Origin: a virus
Taxonomy: Duplodnaviria > Caudoviricetes
Virus record (IMG/VR): IMGVR_UViG_3300047300_000237
Span: 1-57,109 of that record
DNA: 57,109 bases
Reading direction: 5' to 3' (one strand)
Under the pieces are notes generated by a model that saw only the letters and a program-made list of their open reading frames with translations, was not told where the DNA came from and searched no databases. Made by a program: the position numbers and the translations under genes. Positions 29,120 to 34,258 of the stretch are shown piece after piece. Each line of letters starts with the position of its first letter. The first letter of the stretch is position 1.

Positions 29120-29244
29120 TTTCGAAACTGTTTAGAAGGTCATACAGTCCACCCGTAGAATGGGCCAAGAAGCGTCCCTGGGGAATTTAAGGTTTGGGTG
29201 ACAGATAAATAACTGTTCTCGAACTTTAACACGGAGTTACTTTG

Positions 29245-29649
29245 ATGGGCGCAATTCTGGAACATAAGCATCTAATTATCCGCGCGGAACTTAAAAATCC
29301 ACCCAAGTGCGCGGAAGCCATTCAAGATTGGATGAAGGTGCTGGTCGATAAGATCGGCATGAAGATACTTATGGGTCCATATGCGGTCTATTCTGATATG
29401 GTTGGCAATCAAGGTCTAACAGCCGTTACGATCATTGAGACAAGTCATATTGCAATGCATGTCTGGGATGAAGTTGATCCCGCTTTGATGCAACTGGATG
29501 TCTACACATGTTCTACATTGAACATTCAAGATGTCTTTGAGGCTTTGAGCGACTTTTCTCCAGTGGATGTGCAATATAAGTATATTGATCGTGAACATGA
29601 CTTGACATTGCTGGACAAAGGTGTTATAAGTGAGATACTTCCTCTTTAA
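29245..29649 (+). CDS. speD: S-adenosylmethionine decarboxylase proenzyme
   Basis: IIETSHIAMHVW cleavage motif, LDVYTCS. Confidence 0.88.
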   Translation: MGAILEHKHLIIRAELKNPPKCAEAIQDWMKVLVDKIGMKILMGPYAVYSDMVGNQGLTAVTIIETSHIAMHVWDEVDPALMQLDVYTCSTLNIQDVFEALSDFSPVDVQYKYIDREHDLTLLDKGVISEILPL

Positions 29650-30136
29650 ACACCGAGATGAAATCTGGCTTGTAAAGGATCCCAATATTGTTCCTAAGCC
29701 CAGAGAACTTTTACTTCAAAATTCTAATATCGAATTTATTAGAGAAAAAGTAAAAAGTTTAGGAAAAGGGTTGACATTTAGGGACAAAGTTAGTAGAAAG
29801 AAGATACCGAATTTGACAGCAGAGCATAAACGAAAAATTGCTCTAGCGTTAAGCGGTAGTAACAACCCCAACTGGGGTGGTTTGAAAGAAGAAACCAAAG
29901 CCAAAATTCGGCGTAAGATGCGCGGAACTAGGCGTAACGAAGATAATCCTATGTATGGTAGGCGCCAAACATGGGAAACTCGCAATCTCATAGCAATGAG
30001 AGCGAGGCAAAGAAGAAGAGCGTGGTGTGTAGAACCATCTGGTAAAACGCATTTGGTTGATCCAGTCACGTTCATTTTACCTTCTGGTTGGATGTGGGGA
30101 AGATTTTACGATCCATATAAACCAGAAGATTTTTGA
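29630..30136 (+). CDS. NUMOD3 DNA-binding repeat protein without a recognisable nuclease domain
   Basis: TAEHKRKI..GSNNPNWG, EETKAKI, NPMYGR. Confidence 0.7.
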   Translation: MRYFLFKHRDEIWLVKDPNIVPKPRELLLQNSNIEFIREKVKSLGKGLTFRDKVSRKKIPNLTAEHKRKIALALSGSNNPNWGGLKEETKAKIRRKMRGTRRNEDNPMYGRRQTWETRNLIAMRARQRRRAWCVEPSGKTHLVDPVTFILPSGWMWGRFYDPYKPEDF

Positions 30137-30155
30137 AAAAAGTTGAAAATAGTTG

Positions 30156-30186
30156 TTGACTTTTTCAGCGAATCGTTATATATACT
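30156..30186 (+). promoter_or_regulatory. Promoter of the tRNA/ncRNA operon (CGAATC-type)
   Basis: TTGACT, CGAATCG in the spacer, TATATATACT -10 region. Confidence 0.7.
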
Positions 30187-30191
30187 AGTTC

Positions 30192-30203
30192 TGCTCTTTG
30201 ACA
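30192..30203 (+). promoter_or_regulatory. rrn-like boxA antitermination site
   Basis: TGCTCTTTGACA versus consensus TGCTCTTTAACA, in the operon leader. Confidence 0.7.
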
Positions 30204-30227
30204 TTGTTGGTAGATTCTTTTCTTTGC

Positions 30228-30317
<90 letters not shown>

Positions 30318-30325
30318 AGATAAAG

Positions 30326-30482
30326 ACTTATTTGATTACTTCTACTGGGAGTAGCGCATATGGACGCATATGCTAGGGACTAGATGGGCCATCATACTAG
30401 ACCTGAAATAATCTCAGCAATGGCTTACCACGGCTGCAACCGACTGAAAAATTCGCTTATAAGTAGAAGTAATCAAATAAGT
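30326..30482 (+). ncRNA. Unidentified structured RNA enclosed by a perfect 21-bp inverted repeat
   Basis: ACTTATTTGATTACTTCTACT (30326-30346) / AGTAGAAGTAATCAAATAAGT (30462-30482); internal hairpins. Confidence 0.65.
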
Positions 30483-30493
30483 TTTTAAAGTTT

Positions 30494-30568
30494 GCCGGAT
30501 TAGCTCAGTGGTAGAGCAACCGCCTTGTAAGCGGTAGGTCGTGAGTTCGAATCCCACATCCGGCACCA
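30494..30568 (+). tRNA. tRNA-Thr(TGT)
   Basis: Loop CTTGTAA, CCA end. Confidence 0.95.
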
Positions 30569-30575
30569 TTTTCAT

Positions 30576-30650
30576 TCGGATGTGGCGCAGCGGTAGCGCA
30601 GTTGACTGTTAATCAATTGGTCGCAGGTTCGAATCCTGCCATCCGAGCCA
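30576..30650 (+). tRNA. tRNA-Asn(GTT)
   Basis: Loop CTGTTAA, CCA end. Confidence 0.95.
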
Positions 30651-30733
30651 GATAGTGTGGCAGAGTATCTTTACGGGTAATGCCGGTCCTCGTAAGTCCA
30701 TCAGACCTCGATATGTCTTCAAACTGTCGACCA
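30651..30733 (+). ncRNA. Degenerate tRNA-like RNA ending in ACCA
   Basis: GATAGT/ACTGTC acceptor-like stem, TGGCAGAGT..AATGC D-like arm, CTCGTAA loop, non-canonical T arm. Confidence 0.45.
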
Positions 30734-30738
30734 TTTAT

Positions 30739-30817
30739 CGTGGGGTAGAGGAGTCAGGTCGTCCTCGCTGGTCTCATAAGCCGGAAATCGTTGGTTCAAA
30801 TCCAACCCCCGCAACCA
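30739..30817 (+). tRNA. tRNA-Met(CAT), initiator type
   Basis: C1:A72 mismatch, loop CTCATAA, GGTTCAAATCC, ACCA end. Confidence 0.9.
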
Positions 30818-30820
30818 GTT

Positions 30821-30917
30821 TGTAACGTAGTGTAGTGGTAGCACCCGGAAGTCCGAGACACCAGCAGGTGGAGTAGGCATCCAAATGCCGTGCAGAGGTT
30901 CGATTCCTCTCGTTACA
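30821..30917 (+). ncRNA. tRNA-like RNA with the anticodon arm replaced by three mini-hairpins
   Basis: TGTAACG/CGTTACA acceptor, TAGTGTAGTGGTAGCAC D arm, AGAGG-TTCGATT-CCTCT T arm; no CCA. Confidence 0.65.
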
Positions 30918-30923
30918 TAAAGT

Positions 30924-31052
30924 TTGTATCTTTGATCTGGGACACGGTGGTCCGTGCATTTAGACTAAGATCCCTCGCATTCGAGGGTACGTGGGGGTGG
31001 ATCCCACAAGATACAACAAGCGCCGCCCGTATGCTTGTAAAATATCCCGGGC
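30924..31052 (+). ncRNA. Four-way-junction RNA followed by an H-type pseudoknot
   Basis: TTGTATCTT/AAGATACAA closing stem with three hairpins; ACAAGC/GCTTGT and GCCCG/CGGGC crossing stems. Confidence 0.5.
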
Positions 31053-31084
31053 ATAGTTTCTCGTAAATATTTTTCAAAAAAGTA

Positions 31085-31113
31085 TTTACAAACGTCACAT
31101 GTTGGTGTATAAG
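31085..31113 (+). promoter_or_regulatory. Putative promoter for the large ncRNA
   Basis: TTTACA-17 nt-TATAAG after an A/T-rich UP-like tract. Confidence 0.5.
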
Positions 31114-31124
31114 TAGAGAATAAG

Positions 31125-31967
31125 AAATGGGGGCATAGCCTCGTTAGAATAACCTTGGTAACAAGGCCAAAGCAGGGAATCCTACGCACCTGCGCCAGTG
31201 ATGGTTCATCTATGCAAGCCCAAGTTAGAGATGACTCGCCGTTGTGCGAAAGCATCTCCCGTCAATAGGATGGCGGTAGGCAGTAAGTGAGTGATATAGT
31301 CCGAAAGGATAAGAACAGAGCCAGTCGGTGAGTTCTAATAGACTGTGGTGGTCTGGCTGTATCAAACCAAACTCGCGAATGCTGAAAACTAATGGGTAAT
31401 CGCTAAGTCTGACTTCGCAAGGGAAGGCAAAGCGGTAGTATGATAGTTGAACCGATGAGGGGAGACTTGAAATACGGTTGAGTAGCCCGCAAGGCAAAAG
31501 ACATGAGGAGTGTTGTATTTTGTATCTAACAAGATACGAAGCAACTGGAGCAGCACTTCTTGGTAGGTTCGCAAATTGTCTAATGGTAAGACAACAGTTT
31601 TAGATACTGTCGATCTAGGTTCAACTCCTGGTTTGTAACAAAAAGCGAAAGACTGCTCCAGTGCTATGTGAAAGGTGCTTAATACCTAACACGGAAGTGA
31701 ATTGGGTTCACGGATTCCCGCAAGGATGAAGTGATTGATCCGAGCGAAGACGTAGCGGTTTAGCGACTGCGAATAGCCCGCAAGGCTAGCGGAAGAGCAA
31801 AGGTCGAATAGCATAGCATGATAAGTGACAAGCCACACTTCAAAAAAGGCAGCACTGAGGAATACTAGATGACCAGCGATGGCTCTAGTGGATAACGGGT
31901 TAACACTTCTCGCAAGGAAGTCGGTACGGCTCAAAGGTCCTCACTAGAAGGTGTAATCTCAACCTTC
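31125..31967 (+). ncRNA. Large ornate RNA, probably GOLLD-like (~840 nt; 5' boundary approximate)
   Basis: No credible ORF; many GAAA/GCAA-capped hairpins; long-range stems; 3' GAAGGT-GTAATCTCA-ACCTTC hairpin; located in a phage tRNA cluster as GOLLD RNAs are. Confidence 0.75.
31567..31639 (+). ncRNA. tRNA-like domain embedded in the large RNA (anticodon-position TAG, no CCA)
   Basis: GTC-TAATGGTAA-GAC D arm, ACAGT-TTTAGAT-ACTGT, CTAGG-TTCAACT-CCTGG. Confidence 0.7.
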
Positions 31968-31970
31968 ATT

Positions 31971-32049
31971 AAGACTTCTTAGATGAATGCATTATTAGTA
32001 TTGTAGAAGATAACTTCTCTATTAATAGTGCATTCTTCTAACAAGTTTT
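31971..32049 (+). repeat. Long AT-rich hairpin between the large RNA and tRNA-Ala
   Basis: GAATGCATTATTA/TAATAGTGCATTC; termini AAGACTT...AAGTTTT as in the 30326 element. Confidence 0.6.
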
Positions 32050-32125
32050 GGGGCCTTAGCTCAGATGGGAGAGCACCTGCTTTGCAAGCAGGGGGTCATC
32101 GGTTCGATCCCGATAGGCTCCACCA
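32050..32125 (+). tRNA. tRNA-Ala(TGC)
   Basis: G3:U70, loop TTTGCAA, CCA end. Confidence 0.96.
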
Positions 32126-32131
32126 AATATA

Positions 32132-32261
32132 GACCACCCCTGCTGAACCCCGCCGAAAGGCATAGAGGAAGTGGTAGTTGATTGTTGTTGCAACAGCGAT
32201 TGATTACCTGGGAAGATTGCAACGTCCGGACGTAAGCAATCAAGGCACACTGCGGGTGGTC
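32132..32261 (+). ncRNA. Unidentified multi-branched structured RNA
   Basis: GACCACCC/GGGTGGTC closing stem, GCC-GAAA-GGC, 16-bp G:U-rich hairpin. Confidence 0.6.
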
Positions 32262-32267
32262 ACTAAA

Positions 32268-32344
32268 TTGATGAAGTAGGAACGCATAGCGTATCAACAC
32301 GGCCTTCGGGTAGAGCGAAATGTTCTAGTAATTGTGAATCCTAC
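32268..32344 (+). ncRNA. Pseudoknotted RNA with HDV-like stem order
   Basis: TTGAT/ATCAA, GTAGGA/TCCTAC, ACGC/GCGT, CACGG/TTGTG. Confidence 0.45.
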
Positions 32345-32348
32345 ACAT

Positions 32349-32431
32349 GCGGGTATGGCGAAATTGGTAGACGCACTAGTTTTAGGTACTAGCGGGCAAC
32401 CGTGGGGGTTCGAGTCCCTCTACCCGCACCA
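32349..32431 (+). tRNA. tRNA-Leu(TAG)
   Basis: Loop TTTAGGT, V-arm, CCA end. Confidence 0.95.
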
Positions 32432-32437
32432 GAATAC

Positions 32438-32513
32438 GCCTCTGTAGCTCAGTTGGTAGAGCATGGGATTGAAGATCCTAGTGTCGGGGGTTCGATTCCC
32501 TCTGGAGGCACCA
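32438..32513 (+). tRNA. tRNA-Phe(GAA)
   Basis: Loop TTGAAGA (G37, unusual for bacteria), CCA end. Confidence 0.93.
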
Positions 32514-32516
32514 TGA

Positions 32517-32614
32517 ATTGGGGCTAAGCGGTGCGAATAGGGAACCCGCTGAATGTGGACTGCTGGTATAACCGTTAAATCTCACCTATGAGAAGCAAAA
32601 CACAAGACCCCAAT
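32517..32614 (+). ncRNA. Unidentified ~98-nt RNA with potential kissing loops
   Basis: ATTGGGG/CCCCAAT closing stem; loop TAGG complementary to loop CCTA. Confidence 0.55.
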
Positions 32615-32621
32615 ACTTTTT

Positions 32622-32715
32622 GGGCCCTTAGTTTAGCGGTAAAACACCCGCCTTATACGCGGCATCGTCTCCAGATTAGAGAGCGTCGGTGGTTCGAATC
32701 CACCAGGGCCTACCA
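32622..32715 (+). tRNA. tRNA-Ile(TAT) with a long extra arm
   Basis: Loop CTTATAC, ~24-nt variable region, canonical T arm, ACCA end. Confidence 0.8.
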
Positions 32716-32722
32716 AATTTAC

Positions 32723-32808
32723 GCATGGGTGGGTGAGTGGTTAATACCAGCAGACTGTAAATCTGCCGTCGAGAGGCTACGTTGGTTCGAATCCAACCCC
32801 ATGCACCA
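32723..32808 (+). tRNA. tRNA-Tyr(GTA)
   Basis: Loop CTGTAAA, V-arm, CCA end. Confidence 0.95.
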
Positions 32809-32815
32809 TAACTAC

Positions 32816-32892
32816 GGTCTGGTAGTTCAATTGGTCAGAGCACCAGCCTGTCACGCTGGAAGTTGCGGGTTCAAGTCCCGTCCAGATCGCCA
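32816..32892 (+). tRNA. tRNA-Asp(GTC)
   Basis: Loop CTGTCAC, GCCA end. Confidence 0.95.
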
Positions 32893-32898
32893 TTATTT

Positions 32899-32973
32899 GC
32901 GGATGTAACTCAGTGGTAGAGTGTCAGCCTTCCAAGCTGTTCGTCGTCGGTTCGATCCCGATCATCCGCTCCA
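32899..32973 (+). tRNA. tRNA-Gly(TCC)
   Basis: Loop CTTCCAA, TCCA end. Confidence 0.95.
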
Positions 32974-32974
32974 T

Positions 32975-33057
32975 GGGCACGTGGCGAAATTGGTAAACGC
33001 AACGGACTTAAAATTCGTCGAGAAATCTTGCGGGTTCGAGTCCCGCCGTGCCTACCA
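32975..33057 (+). tRNA. tRNA-Leu(TAA)
   Basis: Loop CTTAAAA, V-arm, CCA end. Confidence 0.95.
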
Positions 33058-33063
33058 GTTTAT

Positions 33064-33144
33064 ACCCTCGTATACCCTCTGGCTACGAACCAGTTGAAAG
33101 GTTAACTGAATGACATGCAGGTTTGAGTCCTGTCGAGGGTTCCA
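33064..33144 (+). tRNA. Atypical tRNA-Arg(ACG) lacking a D arm at the normal position
   Basis: ACCCTCG/CGAGGGT acceptor, CTGG-CTACGAA-CCAG, long insert before the T arm, TCCA end. Confidence 0.7.
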
Positions 33145-33149
33145 AGTTT

Positions 33150-33225
33150 CGGGAAGTGGCGCAAGTGGTAGCGCACCTGCTTTGGGAGCAGGGGGTTGCA
33201 GGTTCGAGTCCTGTCTTCCCGACCA
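33150..33225 (+). tRNA. tRNA-Pro(TGG)
   Basis: Loop TTTGGGA, CCA end. Confidence 0.95.
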
Positions 33226-33290
33226 GGGTAGAGTTTTCGGTAATCTCTAGCACGAAGGCGGTGCACTTAGCCAAGCGTGAAAACCGACCC
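33226..33290 (+). ncRNA. Small structured element abutting the tRNA-Pro 3' end
   Basis: GGGT/ACCC, GTTTTC/GAAAAC, TAGAG/CTCTA, GCAC/GTGC pairings. Confidence 0.4.
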
Positions 33291-33296
33291 GTTTTT

Positions 33297-33371
33297 GTTG
33301 GTGTGTTGTAACGGTAACATGCAGGTCTCCAAAACCTTGCGATCCGGGTTCGAATCCTGGCACCTTCGCCA
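33297..33371 (+). tRNA. tRNA-Trp(CCA)
   Basis: Loop CTCCAAA, GCCA end; two U:U mismatches in the acceptor stem. Confidence 0.85.
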
Positions 33372-33390
33372 TTTCAATGACAGGTGACTT

Positions 33391-33831
33391 ATGTATGATC
33401 AAGCAAGAGAAGCAATTCTAAATTCTAGTGAATCGTCATCTGTTTATATTGGTGCCGATTCTATTCGGTTCAAGCGCAAAGACGGTCATTGGTACGCCAA
33501 GTATTCTACCGTTATTATCCTTCACATGGATTCTAAGCACGGCGCCAAAATTTTCCACAAAAATATAGAAATGCGAGACTTCGGTAACTTGCGCCAGCGT
33601 CTGATCACAGAAGCAGGCTTTGCAATCGAAGCGGCGACAAGTATTCTTGATGTTTTGGGTGATAGAAAGTTAGAAATTCATCTTGACATTAACCCAAATC
33701 CCAAGTATAAGAGTAATATCGCAGTGAAAGAAGCACTGGGATATGTAAAGGGTTCTCTTGGTATTGATGCTAAGATCAAGCCAGAGTCCTTCGCTGCTAC
33801 ACATGCAGCGGACCATGTAGTGCGGAATTAG
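33391..33831 (+). CDS. RNase H-like YkuK (DUF458) family protein
   Basis: YIGADS, EIHLDIN, AADH; stop codon lies inside tRNA-Val. Confidence 0.85.
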   Translation: MYDQAREAILNSSESSSVYIGADSIRFKRKDGHWYAKYSTVIILHMDSKHGAKIFHKNIEMRDFGNLRQRLITEAGFAIEAATSILDVLGDRKLEIHLDINPNPKYKSNIAVKEALGYVKGSLGIDAKIKPESFAATHAADHVVRN

Positions 33832-33896
33832 CTCAGTGGTAGAGCGCCTCGTTTACACCGAGGATGTCGGGAGTTCGACCCTCTCATTCCGCACCA
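33822..33896 (+). tRNA. tRNA-Val(TAC)
   Basis: Loop TTTACAC, CCA end. Confidence 0.95.
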
Positions 33897-33898
33897 GT

Positions 33899-33972
33899 TG
33901 CCCCTTCGTCTAAAGGTAGGACAACAGATTTTGATTCTGTTTGTGTTGGTTCGAGTCCAGCAGGGGCATCCA
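33899..33972 (+). tRNA. tRNA-Gln(TTG)
   Basis: U1:A72, loop TTTTGAT, CCA end. Confidence 0.93.
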
Positions 33973-34021
33973 GTTTCAACGAGTTGTTGAACTCGTTTAT
34001 CCATTGAAAAGGACATATATA

Positions 34022-34258
34022 ATGAGTGATATTATTGCAGTAGATCAACTTCGCCAGTTTATTGAACGCATTGAAACTATCGAAGCCGAGATTGATGAGA
34101 AGAAGACTGATCGCAAGGAAGTCTATTCCGAACTCAAGGGTGAAGGCTTTGATGCCAAGGCAGTTCGTAAGATCGTGCGCCTCCGTAAGTTGGACGCACA
34201 TGTTCGTCAGGAAGAAGATATGATCCTTGATACATATCGTACCGCAGTAGGAGTCTAA
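34022..34258 (+). CDS. gapR: GapR (DUF2312) nucleoid-associated protein
   Basis: [11 protein letters not shown]...[25 protein letters not shown]...EEDMILDTY; AAGGA RBS. Confidence 0.92.
   Translation: MSDIIAVDQLRQFIERIETIEAEIDEKKTDRKEVYSELKGEGFDAKAVRKIVRLRKLDAHVRQEEDMILDTYRTAVGV

Noticed and set aside
30670-30720. Theta/HDV ribozyme after tRNA-Asn (TCCTCGT resembles L3)
   Set aside because: Could not build P1-P3 around it; a tRNA-like fold with ACCA end fits better
31594-31610. Possible ochre-suppressor (TTA) anticodon and stop-codon recoding
   Set aside because: The 7-nt loop register gives TAG, not TTA; conserved genes are full length in the standard code
32160-32175. RNase P RNA resemblance (GAGGAAGT)
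   Set aside because: Lacks GAGGAAAGTCC and the 3' P4 partner; element is too short
32529-32555. Cobalamin riboswitch resemblance (GGTGC..AATAGGGAA)
   Set aside because: No B12 box and no downstream CDS; kept as an unidentified RNA
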